From positions 72,533-136,532 of the IMG/VR virus record IMGVR_UViG_3300013936_000015: a stretch of 64,000 nucleotides of DNA; one strand, written 5' to 3'. This DNA is from a virus (taxonomy: Duplodnaviria > Caudoviricetes). Shown one piece after another: positions 24,240 through 37,397 of this stretch. Position 1 is the first letter of the stretch. Each line of letters opens with the position of its first letter. The notes below the pieces were generated by a model that worked only from the letters and a program-made list of their open reading frames with translations, was not told the DNA's origin and did not search any database. Position numbers and translations under genes: made by a program.

Positions 24240-25384
24240 TTTGTAGAAGTGATAGTTGTTGACATATTTGTAAATTCTATCATAAAGGTCTTTCCTTTAT
24301 CTACTAACCAAGCATCGAATTTAAGATTCTTTGCCGCATTTATCTATGATTGTGACATATTACATACTATAGTCTCACTTACATCAGCAATATAATCGTA
24401 GTTACTATCCATTGGACGGCATACAGCTAGAACACTTCCCTGAGTTTTCCATACATATCCGTACCAATGATGTGTGGGTAGAGAGCTGTCATATATAAAA
24501 CCTATTTTTTGATTTGTAGCTCCGCCAACACTTAAATTATTCCAACACCCTTCATAGGCATATGCTCTGTTAGATCCAGATACCTAATCAGACTTCTAAA
24601 CAGGTTCTAGATAACCGGTAGATGCTATAATAGTTCTAGTTCCTTTGTCATGAGTTAAATTTGTAATTATGTTTCCCTTATCATCTTTAATTACTTTATT
24701 GATTATGCCTAGTTTAGATAATGTTTTAGAAGTAACTTCAATATTTGTCTTATTTTTCCCAACAGAAACTACAATTGAAGGATCTGTACTTTCAATATCA
24801 TTTACTGAAGTATTTGTAATCTGGCTTACAGTCTCTATTTTGTCATTAAGATGTGATTCAAGATCTGTAATATCTGATATTGGATGTGTGTGTTGTTTTA
24901 CAGCATAATTATTTGATAAGTATTCTGCAGTAGTAAGTACTCCAATAGAATCAAAATCTCCAGTAACCTCTTCCATAGAAGTTCCATTATAGATATAGAA
25001 CTTTCCAGTAGTTTTATTCCTATAAAGTATATTCTAGTAAGGCTTTATATTCTCGTCCTACCATATATCATCATTACCCCATACATTTACATACTATGGA
25101 GTAGAAGTAGTCTCACCAAATCTAATTACAAAATAATTATTTTTTATGCTAAAATATACATTATCACTTGTTACAGTTTTTGGTACACCTACTTGTAAAA
25201 TATTACTACTTGATATATCCTCTTTATATTCTACAATATAAGATCCTGAAACAGAATATAACTACCCATGAGTCCATATCTATTTTGCATCCTTAATAAA
25301 TATTATTGAGTCATCATTTAAACTTCCCGCATCTAAAGCAGTCTTAAACTCAGAATATTTATTGTAATGTATAAAATTTACCAT
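24236..25384 (-). CDS. Tail fibre protein (382 aa, TAG=Gln)
   Basis: Contains 24596..24976 with the HTHPISDITDL metal-binding fibre motif. Confidence 0.6.
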
Positions 25385-25453
25385 ACATATTAATTTTATA
25401 AAAATGGATTGGAGAAAAATCCCTCCCCCAATCCATTTTTAAAGTATAAAATA

Positions 25454-26659
25454 TTATAATTCAGTCCAAGTCATAGCTTGATTAATCTAGCTTCCTACAT
25501 ATTCTTTTGTAGCTTTTGAAGTAATTAGACCTCTAGTACTGTTAACCTATCCTGCATCATCCACAATAGTACCTCCTAATGTGATACTTCCTCCACTAGC
25601 AGTTAAAGTAAGAAAAGTAGCATTAGAACTTGCTGAAATTGATCCCAGTTTTTTGTCTTGTAAATATCTAGTTCTCTTATCTAACTCTGATACAGCGTCC
25701 TAGACACTTGCATTAGTCTTTATTGTTGTTATACCAGCTGCCCCAACAGGAGTATAATCAACTAAATTTACATTTTTACCGTTATAGACAGTTCCTATTA
25801 ATCCAGATAAAGATACAGTAATCGGATCCTTTCCAGCATCAGTATTAAATGTAAGAGTGAGATCTTTAGTTGTTGGATCAAATGAAGCACTACTAAGCAT
25901 ACCATCTTTAATAAAACGGCTTGCATCAATAGAAGATATAACTGCTCCATCAATTCCCAAAATCTAAAGAGTCTTTTCTTCTGAATCATAATTAAGAGAA
26001 AGAGTAGAAGAAAGCTCACCATCAGTTAAGCTTATCGCTTTTTCATCTGTAGATACTCCAGTTACAGGAAGAGATACAGTACCGGTTAATCCTCTAGTAG
26101 TTTGACTAAATTTTACATTACCATCAGTAGTTGTATTTAATGATATGGTCTCAAGATTGCCCTTTGAATTTTTTTTGACAGAAATAGCTCCTGAACCAGT
26201 AAGACTATTAATCTAAGTAATATTATTTTCTACTGTAGCAATACTATTCAACGCTGTCTATACTCCTTTAATAGTAATATCCGTACCATTCCATTTGACA
26301 GTTCCAATTGAATCTCCCTCCTCTACACTAGGAGAGCTTATATAGACACTATTATCGTTAATAGATACACTAGTACCACCACCACTAGTAAATTTTAGAA
26401 CACCTCCCGGAATTGTAGTCTCTGCAGTAGTACCACCTGCAGAAACACTGCTAAAATATTTTAAAGAGCCTACCTTGTCAACAAGATTTTTTAACTTAGT
26501 TTCCTATTCTACTGAAATAGAATAAAAAGTACCATGTGTAAAAATCTCTCTACTATCTTGAATAAAAACTATACTGTTTGCATACTATTTCTATAGTGCT
26601 TCAGAAAAAGTTTCTTTCTTTGCAATGTGTACAAAATTTACGTTTGCTGAATCTGCCAT
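25454..26659 (-). CDS. Tail fibre-associated protein (401 aa, TAG=Gln)
   Basis: Contains 25700..25960 (IDASRFIKDGMLSS motif); ATG 26659, TAA 25454; hairpin terminator at 25404-25437. Confidence 0.6.
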
Positions 26660-26660
26660 A

Positions 26661-27452
26661 TTAATTATTTAAATCCTTCCATTTTAAAGCTTCTTCAATC
26701 TAAGTATTAGCTATATTTGTAGCTGTATATTTCACAGATCCTTCTATCTTAACATCTCCATTTAATGTGTTTAAAGCATTAGATACTTTCTTTAATTCAG
26801 AAGTAGTATTGTCGAGAATTTGTAATTTAGGAATTAAACCATTCGTAGTATCATTAATACTAACACTAAAAGCAGACTTATAACTACTAGCAGTATCTGT
26901 TAAAGGTTTCAGTTCTGTTTTTGTTGCATACGTAGAAGATGCAGCTGTTGTAGTGAGATATGCAGATAAATCGGTAATTCCTGCAAGAGGATCCCAAGCT
27001 TCTCCATCCCAAGCAACATTAGTGCCAGCAGGATATTCTTTTTCACCTAAAGTGAATTTATCAGTCACATTATATACATCTCCAGTTCTAATAGTAGAAG
27101 TCTTAGAATTTGGTAATTCACTATATGTGCAAGAACCTTTATAAATGTATACATTTGTTAATTTAGAAACATCTGGAATATCTCCACCAAAAGCAAGCTT
27201 TTTCCAATTACTTTCACTCTTATATGCTTCAAGATTACCACTGGTATATCCAGTAAGCATATAAACTCCTGCATTATCTCCAGTTAATACAGATACAACA
27301 ATACCATTATACAGCCATATCTGCTTATCATCTCTTGTCCATGTCTCAGAATTTGTTAAATCAGCATATTCATTTACTACAATTCTAGTATCAAGAGGTC
27401 CGGCCTTGCGTACATCTAGATTATTTGAAAATTTGAATCCTTTGTCTGCCAT
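26661..27452 (-). CDS. Tail fibre-associated protein (263 aa)
   Basis: GPLDTR...YNGIVV and YKGS...GDVYNV...GTNVAWDGEAWDPLAG motifs; one TAG near the C-terminus. Confidence 0.6.
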
Positions 27453-27456
27453 AATA

Positions 27457-28818
27457 TTAACGTGTATAAGTTATTTGATATGTTGCTGCGCCAGTTTTAC
27501 TTCCAGTATTAACATAATAGTTATAGCCCAATAATCCATTCTAACCTCCCTATGAAAAAGAAGATATTGGATCATAATTTCCGCTTAAAGTATTAAGCAT
27601 CTTAACTTTCACATCTGTGTAATATTTAGAAATAGCAAAAGCATGATGAGTACTGTCTGTTTCACTACCAAGAGAAAATGTTAAAGTAACTTGCTCTGAA
27701 GACCCCCAACTAGTTGGTTTTACGCTCTTTGTACTTGTATCAATAACGAAAATACCTTTCTCTTGATCTTCAGTAAGAGCATAATATATGGGATATACAC
27801 CATAGATATATAAGTTATTACTAACTACAGTTCCTCCGGAAAATGCATCTAAATCAGACGCTTCTCCCTTATTATTATCATACTTTGCTCCTGCAGCAAA
27901 TGTTACCTCAGCTTGATATAGCATAGGGCCTTTTATAACCTTTGTATCTACGCCTGAGCCTAAAGATAGAGGATTTACTAAAAAATTTGTAGAATGATCT
28001 GTACCCTCATATACATTCTTATTAGAAACATCTCCAGCATATGCACCTATATTTACACCATTTAATGTTACCTATCCACTATCACCAGAAGGAACAAACA
28101 GTCCTTCATAATTAATCGTAGTACCTACCTTTTGGAAAGGATCAAATCCTTCTTTAAAAGATAATGTTGCTGAAGGTCGTTTACTTACAATAGGCTGAAT
28201 TGTTGGGAAAAGTATTTGATCAAATACTTCAGAAACAGTTTTGCCACTTACGGAACTTACCTTAGTACCTTTTGTAATTCCACCAACAGTGTAAGGTGCT
28301 TGGAAATCTTTATTCTCTGCACTGGTATACTCAATATTCAAACCTGCACCAGACAATGCACTTTCAAGCTGTTTAAGATTTGCACGATCTTTATCACTTA
28401 CTACTATATCAGTAATATCAATTCTGATAGAATCAGCATCAAATACTGTACCAGTACTACCAGATATTTCACCACAGGTTTCTCCTTCAGCACACGCACC
28501 TCCAATCAGATCACCAACAGAGCCTACAGAACCTCCAATTACAGTTGGATCTGATTGTGTCGCTACCTAAGTAGATGTTGAAGATGCTGTGGACCAATTC
28601 TTATTCTTGCTGGCAATACCCTTTCCATAAAGAACAAGATATACCTTAGTAGTATTATCCTTAGTGGCTTTTATAATTTTAACATCCTCAACACCACTAT
28701 AAGAAACACCATTAAGAACTACCGAATGAGTATCTGTGACAAAATACAGGTTATTATCCTCCCCAGTAATTTTTTTATTTACATACTCTGCCTATGTACC
28801 TTTATAAAAATTAATCAT
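27457..28818 (-). CDS. Tail fibre-associated structural protein (453 aa, TAG=Gln)
   Basis: Joins 28072..28356 and 27550..27924; TVGGITKGT...ILFPT motif. Confidence 0.6.
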
Positions 28819-28822
28819 AATT

Positions 28823-29023
28823 TTATTCAGTTATTTGTTTCCAATTAAGTTCCATAGAGCTTGTAATCTCTTTGGTTTCACTCTTTGAATAAATATCTAA
28901 ATTCTATCTAGCTTTAGATTTAGCTTCTTGTGTTTTAAATTCAGACAAATATTTCCCTATCTATAAATACCCCGAATTGTCAGATTCAGGCTTACAACGA
29001 GGGGTTAATACTAAATCTAACAT
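28823..29023 (-). CDS. Small structural protein (66 aa, TAG=Gln)
   Basis: YLSEFKTQEAKSKARQNL motif; ends LNWKQITE. Confidence 0.45.
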
Positions 29024-29025
29024 AA

Positions 29026-31212
29026 TTAAGTCTTTTTAATGACATCATTATAAGGATTACCATCATGTAATTGGGTTATCTCAATATCCGTTCTTCTAAT
29101 CTAATCCCCAATCTATTTGTCCTTATATGTTCTGTCTGTTCTTGCTTTATACCAATCTAATTCTAAAGTTTTAGTAATCTTTTCTTTCTCTAACTACATC
29201 TTAGCTTGATTCAACTGTTGCAGCTGCCCTTGTGCTTTCTGTAACTCTTTCTACATCTGCTACAATTGTTGCTACATCTGTTGATTTTGCTAAGATAATT
29301 GTTTAATCTAATTATTTTCTTCCCGCTATTTTTTAATAGCATTCTTTAATCTAATTTTATAATCACTCAGGCTTGTACACGTAACACCATCAATTATTAA
29401 ATCAGGAGGAACAAATCCACCTTTAATAAAATCAGGCATTAACTATTTGAGTTGTTCAAGTTGCCTTGTAATATCTGTAGTAGTTACAATGTGAATATCA
29501 TAATCTGTTAAAGTAAAATACTAAGGAAGAGCTGTAAAAATACGAGATTCTTTATCTCCTAATACTAATGTTCCAATCAGTCCGTTCTTAAAAACTTTCT
29601 TTGCCATATTCAAAGAATCTAACAGCATCTCTTCTACTAAAGTATCAATCTGCTGTGTAAACTGCTTAGTAACAACAAAAGAATTGTTCTGACTAACTTG
29701 AACATTAGTAACAGCATCTCTCTATTGTATTCCATTTAATCGTTCTCTAAATACTCCAGTAATAGAGGAACAAGTAGCCTCAATGGAATCCATAGCCATC
29801 TAAATAGCTTGAACAGACTGCAATCTTACTGTATCATCAAATCCATTGTAAATAGTATTTGGAGTAGCTAATCCTTCTGATAATCTGCCCTCTTGGCTAG
29901 AATCAATAATAGCAGTTCCCTGTTTCTTATAGGCTTGCCATTTTTTGAACCTTTCTGCAAAATTCTATCCTAACATCTTAGGTAATACCGCAATGTCAAG
30001 AATATCTCCTGCAGTACCAGCAGAAGCAATTAAATTATCTCTGTAGAAAACAAGAACATTATATTTATCTTGTAAAGGAGCACAAGCTAATACCATAGAA
30101 TAAGGAATACCACTCCTTGTAATATGTTGAATACCATTTACAGATATACTGCATTTTCTAGGATCAGACATACTTCTTACAACATTCTCATCCTTACCAT
30201 ACAAAATATAAATGTTTGTACCAATTCTTACAGTCCTATATCTATTCTATATATAAGTCTTCTTATCAGTCTCTATCCATTCTACTTCATATACAGGAAT
30301 AAGATTGTTCTCGTAGTCATTTAGAATATTAGTAGGATATCCTGCTTGTCTTTTTCTATTTCTACTTCTTGCTGCTAATAAAGGAACTCTTTTGTTCTAA
30401 CCAACAGCAACTGTTGTAGTATAGCTAATTTCATTTAAATACCCCCACAAATCATCTAAATTACCAATCTCATCACTGGTAAGCTTATCTCCATATTCTG
30501 ATATAATATCTTGTTTTGACATCCATTTTCTAACTACTATCCTCTTAGCATCTTTTACATAATTAGATTCAGGATCCATCTCTGGAAAAGTATTTCTTGG
30601 ATCTAAATCCTCAATGGTAATATTATTACCTGCACCAGATTCTTTAACCCTATAATATTGCTCTCCAGAAATGAGAGTATCTAAAGCTAACTATTTCAAT
30701 TTGTTCTTAAAATCAATACTCCTAGACTGTAATAAATACTCTACTACATTCTATGCAGCAGCCTCATATTCTGATACATAACTGGATTCTATTGACTCCT
30801 TTAATTCATCAATATCATGCTATACTGCTAAATCAGTAGGTTTCTAACCAGTCTGGAAATATGAAATAAGCTTATTCTAAAGTCTCTTATTTAAAAAATC
30901 AAAGACTTCTTTAGCTATTGTAAGCTCTTTTTCCCTAGTAATCTTTGAGATAGTATTACTATCCTTACAAGTTACTTTTGGTAAAATAGGAGTACTTATA
31001 ATCTCTCCTACTAAAGCATCAACGTGTTTCTTGATTAAGGGAATAAATACCATAGAAGTAGGATTGCCTATTCCATACTCCTCTTCTAAATATTTATACT
31101 AGTCCTCATCTAATATGCCATAGTAGTAATTATAAGCCTTTTGTAAATCTTCTTTATCATATACTAACTCACTAATAGCTCTATCCGTAATATCAATTAA
31201 CTCATCTTTCAT
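29026..31212 (-). CDS. Portal protein (728 aa, TAG=Gln)
   Basis: KAYNYYYG...GIGNPTS..FIPLIKKHVDALVGE...; joins 30397..30579 and 29965..30204; Gln-rich coiled-coil tail with TAG in poly-Q context; follows the terminase. Confidence 0.8.
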
Positions 31213-31483
31213 TCGTTAAAAGAGCTTCTTTATATTCTACATAATCATATCTGCTATTTTTTAACTCCTATTTTAATATATTAAGAAACTACTTTTCATT
31301 TCCTTCAACATAAATTGTAGAAAATTCTGTATTACTTGGAATCCCAAATAAAAGACAATAGCCAAAATTTGTTTTGTAAATCTCAAGCCGTCCCTTGAAA
31401 ATACAAGTATATATCTCACAAATAAGTTTTCTTACCTTATTATATAATGGATTCGTTTTTTCTAGGATCACTGCTGTAGACAT
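31202..31483 (-). CDS. Hypothetical protein between terminase and portal (93 aa, TAG=Gln)
   Basis: Track ORF 31289..31483 extends to TGA 31202, overlapping the portal start. Confidence 0.5.
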
Positions 31484-33836
31484 AATTAGTATAATTATTT
31501 GAAATGTCCATTTTTATATTTATATTATTCTATTTAGGTATGATACCCCACCTCTTAATACCATTATCATCATAATAAAAACCAATATCCTACCATTCCT
31601 CAACAGATTCTTCTTTTCTCGGAATCATTCCTTGTAATTCCTCGTCCGCTAATAATGCCATAGAAAAAGCTGCTACCATATCAAACTTGGTTTTATTTTC
31701 AAGAGAATATCTAGTAAGCTAATTTAATAGCTCTGGAAACCAAATCTAATCGCAAAACTCCTCTACATAATTGGCTATTAAATCATTTTGATGATCAATA
31801 ATAGTAGGAGTGGCTGGTGTACCTATTGTTCTAGAATGCCTCTTGCTGGTATCCATATAGGTAGCTCTCGGTCTATACATAAAATAATTAGCAAAACCTC
31901 TTGCTTTTGCATAGTTCCAACAAGATAGTCTGGTAGCCTCTATATTTACTTTTGCATTATACCAATACATCAGTTTTAATGCTGTCTAAAATGCCCTATC
32001 AATCTTATCAGGTCTTTCTAGATAATAAGCAACTGGTTTTGGAGGATTAACACCAAAAGCCCTTTTGAAAATAATAATACAGAATTTAGAAGGATCAGTA
32101 GTAGCATCAGAAGTTTGCTCCTAACCAATATCAATAGCATCAATTCCTGCAACATATAAGTTATTTATATCACCTTCAATAGGTTTCTCTAATACATGAA
32201 GACTTCCAGAATTTCCGGGAATAAAATCTACCCCCCTAATATTAGATAATTTTATTCCCTAGCTGCTATCCTTATAAAGAAATTTTAATTCCCCAGTCTA
32301 TATGATAGGAACAGCATCTACTGATTCATTAAATTCATCTCTTACCTTCAATCCTCTATGAGTTCTTATATAGGCTATCTGATTAGCTAATAATGTTCTA
32401 TTAAATTTATTACTACCTTCAAGAGAAAGAGCTTCATCTGCGGTGAAACATTGCTCTGCACAATATTTTAATAATGCAGATGGTTGATTAGCTAACTAAT
32501 CCCTTCTTTGCTGATAAAACTCTTTGGCTTTTTCTTCATTACACCAACCTCTATTATCTAAAACATCTTGACTATTCAATGTTTTATATGCTGGTATAAA
32601 GAAACAAGAAAGTACTTCCTCACCGTCAGTAGTATAATTATGCTTAAATGGTAATACATTATAAACTGTTGGGGTTTCATATAATTTTCTAAGCCCCTCT
32701 GCACCTTTAGAATCACCACCGGTTCCACCAGTAATAGAAAGGCCTCTTTTTACACCACCTACATTAATAAGCTCCTCTCCTTTAATAAGAGACTCTTCAA
32801 GAATAGGATTAGAACCGGCCTCCTCATATATAACAAGATCTGCACGGTCTCCTCTCACCTTCTTAGAATCATCGGCAACTAAACCCTCAATTAAAGACAT
32901 AGGACCGACTTCTACATACTAACCATCAATATTAGTAAGATATGAAGCTTTCTTTTCTAATTGATTGTTTTTTACCTACATAGGTCTTGAAAAAGCACTC
33001 TCTCTTTGGGCATTCTAAAAGTTTAGAATACTACTTACTTTAGACATTGTTTTTACAACATACTAAAGTAGATTGGCAGTAATAATACTGACACTATGGC
33101 TATAACAAATAAAAGTACAGGCAATAATACTTGCTACAATTTCAGAGAAACCACAAGAACGGTTTTTCAACATAGCACAATTCCATCCATAAATTCTACA
33201 TAATTCATAATAATGAAAAAACTCATATTGATAAACTCTGAAATCAGGAAATATCTTCACCTAACCCTAGCCAACTTTAGAAGATACATTGGCATCTACT
33301 TTACAATAATTTAAAAAGAAATAATGTGGACCAGTAATTGTATAACCATTAATAGTTAATCCTTCTCTACATCTTTTATATTCTCTATCCCAAAACTAAT
33401 TATATAATTTAGAGCCGGGAACAAACTAACAATAATAACCGGTCTTATCTTTATCTTTCCTAACTTCTAAAAATGGAGAAGGATCAAAATCTAACCCGTG
33501 CTAACCATCTATAGGCCTATATCCAGATGCTTCATAAGTACAATGAACATCAAAATATGGAATATTCTTTACAGACTTGTCATAGTCCCAATATAATACT
33601 TCATTGTTCTTATTAGTAGCTTCTTTCTTTGCCTATACAACAGCCTCCTCTATCTTAATATTTTCTTCTTTCTTTTCTTCTGTAATAATATCTTTAATAG
33701 TAGCAGATTCTATTTCTAAATCATTTTTAGCTGTGGCTTGTTGCGTTACAATAGGAGTATTAGATAATAATGATTTAGTTAACTTTGTAAGAGGTCTATT
33801 CTTTTTCTTACTAGGTTTTACTCTATCTAATCTCAT
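31440..33836 (-). CDS. terL: Terminase large subunit (798 aa, TAG=Gln)
   Basis: ITGPHYFFLNY, Walker A KNRSCGFSE, Walker B LVIYEEAG, GGTGG coupling motif, YVAGIDAID nuclease motif; four track ORFs in one frame. Confidence 0.9.
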
Positions 33837-34420
33837 ACAAAATTAGGAATATATCCTTGAACAACTCCTGCCCTGTTCTTATTCTGTTCCAACATCTCTG
33901 TCTTCACAACCTATTCAAGAGCCTTTAATTCTTCAAGAAGTTTTGAACCATTGGCAATCTCTGCTTGAAGATCTTTCACTTTATAAATAGGTTTACCAGT
34001 CTATTCATCCCTTTCTTGTGGATCAACAGAATTAAAATAATCAGTAATCCTATCTACTGCTCTCTAAGAAGCATGAAGCAATTTGATTGCCCTACTACTA
34101 TTTTGTAAATCTCTATATTTACGGCAAGCAGCCCTAAAAGTTGGGTCATTCCATTCTTTTTCTGTAATCTCCCCATCTTTTAGAGCTTCTTGATGTCTTT
34201 CTTGTACTGTATAATCTTTATAAAGGCTGTTCCAGTCGATAGCTAACCAAATATATGTAAACTCTCTAAACGCTCTTAGGTGCTCTTTTCCTGTAGGGTC
34301 TTCTTTACATTTATTCCTATTATCATCCATCAAATCACGAAATTCCTTTATTAATAATAAATTTCCATCTTCCAATTCTACCTTCCCAGTAGCATTATTA
34401 TACTAAAACACTTTGAGCAT
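33833..34420 (-). CDS. Putative terminase small subunit (195 aa, TAG=Gln)
   Basis: ATGA overlap with terL; helical protein; assignment is by position. Confidence 0.5.
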
Positions 34421-34436
34421 AAGTCAACAATTTAAA

Positions 34437-36290
34437 TTAGCACTTCTTCTTTCTCTTTTTTAATTCCGCCTTAATAATATTCATACCCTTGGTAGCACCA
34501 CCCTTTGCGTGCTCACGAATTTCCATCTGCTTTTTGTTGTTCTCAATACACTTCTTGCAAAGAACACCACCAGCTTTGAAATACTCTAAATGAGTTCCTT
34601 GAGGGCATTCACCTTTAAGATGACGAAGATAATTCAACTTAGCACCAAAACGGGCAGCAGGTGTTTGATTAGATTGATCTTCTTGACCACCCTGCATCTA
34701 CTGAACAATCTGCTGAATAACCTACAACATCTGAGATGCTTGTTCATCACCCTGATTAGCAGCCTATTGAATCTACTGAATAGTCTGCTGAGCATCATCG
34801 TCACCCTGCATAGCTGCCTATACTAACGCTACTATTTGCTGCTGTTGATCATCACCAGATGGAGCAGCACCACCATCCTAATATTTATTGTAATACATAT
34901 TATTATAATTTAAAATTCCACCAGATTTAAAGTTTTCCTACCAAGTATTGAGAATTTCATCACCATAATTTATAGCAGATTTTGGTGTCCATTTGTTATC
35001 ATTTCCAAAATTGCTATACATTAATCTACGAGTATTTGGATCAAAAACAATTCTCTAAGTAAATCTACGTCTATCTTTTACAAATTGACCGGCCCAATTC
35101 TAATCTCCTAACTCCATTTTACCAGTATCATCAAGATAAACTGCTAGATTAGGATTAAAAGCAAGCAATCTGCGTACGTTATTCTACTACGCCTTGGCCG
35201 CGGAGGCCTTTTCCGTCGCGATCGCCGCGCCCGCATCGGGGTTCTGAACATCAAGATCCGAACCCCATGAACCGTTATCTCCTACCCTAAGGCCCAATGC
35301 ACCATTTCTCCAATTAGCATCTTGAAGATCTTTCTATATCGACTAATTTCTTCTTCTTACAGCATTAGTAGCCAATTGGAATTTATTAGACATAGTTTTC
35401 AAATCGTGTTTACCAAAGTGCTTGCCATAATCCTTAGTAAAAAGATCTACATTCCAGTTACCATCCACATTCTAATATGCAGCCCTAAACCAATCTGCAA
35501 GATTCTTATTTGACCCCTATGCAAGATCATTATAGAATGCATTCATTGTATTCTAACCATTTGCATTATCAAATCTTGATGACCTACTAAGAGCATTAAG
35601 TGAAGTAATAGCCTTTTCTCTATATAACTTTCTTCTCTCTTTTACATCATTTAAAAGACTATTATCAGACCTTATATTTTCATAAGGAGTCCCATTGACA
35701 GCACCCTATTGATAATCTTGAGGTGGAGTATTTGTAGTATTTGCAGGATGTTTAATCTGTTTAAATACATCAAATACTGCTTGGGATTTCTTACCCCATA
35801 AACCATCTGACCAATTTTGCTATTGTCCTAACCACGTTGTTAAATCTTGTACAGTTTTCAAATTCTATGTACCTGGAAGTACAATTCCTGCACTCTTCAA
35901 TATGTTTAATGATGACTCACCTAACTACTGGTCCACATTACCCCAATTTCTTGAATCGGCAAGATATTTTTGTATATCATAGGCGGCATTTCCTACTTTT
36001 TTACCATAAAGAAGGGTATTATCTTTCTCTTTTCCTCTTAAATTGTAGTTATTAGTGGGAGAGGGAGGTGTATTCTTATCAGACTTTTCAGAATTATTGT
36101 CTGATGCAGACTAAGACACAGCACCAGTAGGCTACATATACATATTATTTTCAGGTTTGTACCCCCAACCAATCATTTCAGAAAGAACGGAATCAACCTT
36201 TTTTGCTCTATCATTCCAAGCCTCACCTTTTAAATGGTCTCCATGATTCCAAGTAAGGTTATTACCGCCCCCATAAAACTAAATTCTCAT
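34437..36290 (-). CDS. Cargo/internal virion protein with DGLWGKKS peptidoglycan-binding-like motif and Gln-rich segment (617 aa, TAG=Gln)
   Basis: Hand translation shows no TAA/TGA from 36290 to 34437; TAGs sit inside Q-rich runs. An internal start at 34898 is possible. Confidence 0.55.
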
Positions 36291-36505
36291 AATTTAATCA
36301 AGTCTTTAGTATTAAAAATAGACTCCTGAAGTAATCCATCAGAAGTAAACCATCTACATCTTATGCCCTTTAATGTAGGCTCACTATCATCTTTATTCTT
36401 AAATATATAAGTTTCCTTCCTAATAACAAGCATAATAGGCTTGTTAGGAATATCTTGCCGGAGAGTTACTAACTCCCCGGGTTTAAAAAATACTTTGTCT
36501 TCCAT
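36287..36505 (-). CDS. Small YodC/DUF2158-like SH3-fold protein
   Basis: FKPGELVTLR...P.MLV...CRWF...F...DL pattern. Confidence 0.55.
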   Translation of the reverse strand: MEDKVFFKPGELVTLRQDIPNKPIMLVIRKETYIFKNKDDSEPTLKGIRCRWFTSDGLLQESIFNTKDLIKL

Positions 36506-37086
36506 TAACCTTTTATTCTTTTAGTTAATCCAACATTTACCAACTGAAGAATAGAATGCTCATTAATAGAATAAAATCCCAATTTGTAAAAAGGAATTGG
36601 AATAGCATTTATCTTATAATAAAACACCGCATCTCCCGGTTTTACATACTTACATTCTGGACCTACCTCAATGACATTAGCAACACAAATCTTCTGCTCC
36701 TCTTCTTCCCACTCACCAGTATCAGTAGATTTATACTCTGGAGCATAACCGCCCGTATCTACAATAATATTTCCCTCTCTCTTAATCTGTTGAAAAGGAT
36801 TTGTAGCATAAGGCTTTATCAAAACATTACTGTAATTAGGCAGAATCTCACACTGATTTAAATCAGCAACCATCTTGTTATGATACTCCTTCAATAAATC
36901 TTCGTGCTTATCAAAAGATTCCTGCTTGTCAGCAATAGCTTGATTTAACTTCGCTTTCTTATCTGCCATTGCCATCTTGTCCAAATCTCTATCATCTGCA
37001 AATACATCACCATCTGAAATACTATTAGCAACATCTAACTTACTTGCATTTTGCATATACACATTCTTACCATTAACTCTTGACAT
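36505..37086 (-). CDS. GroES-like co-chaperonin
   Basis: ILPNYSNVLIKP...VIEVGPECKYVKPGDAVFY...INEHSIL matches the Cpn10 fold. Confidence 0.65.
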   Translation of the reverse strand: MSRVNGKNVYMQNASKLDVANSISDGDVFADDRDLDKMAMADKKAKLNQAIADKQESFDKHEDLLKEYHNKMVADLNQCEILPNYSNVLIKPYATNPFQQIKREGNIIVDTGGYAPEYKSTDTGEWEEEEQKICVANVIEVGPECKYVKPGDAVFYYKINAIPIPFYKLGFYSINEHSILQLVNVGLTKRIKG

Positions 37087-37115
37087 AATTCATTTCATTT
37101 TAATAATTAAACATA

Positions 37116-37397
37116 TTACCATCTATCTAAAGGACATTTTGCATAAGGAAGACGTGTCTTAGCTTGAACTCTACAGCCGCATCCTCTCTTAAAACCTTCT
37201 TTAGGTGTCTCACTAACTTCTAAAGTTTCTGGATTCATGTATAATTTATAATTACATACACCACCTAAAGTGTCTTTTAATAAAGGACACTTCTTACATA
37301 CAGCTAACCTCTTCTAACTAATATCTTCATTTCTACCTAATAATTCATTAATATGCCCTTCGGCAATATCCACACTTTGTTTCAATAAATCAATCAT
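37116..37397 (-). CDS. Cys-rich conserved phage protein (93 aa, one TAG)
   Basis: RLAVCKKCP...GCGCRVQAKTR...CPLDRW. Confidence 0.6.
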
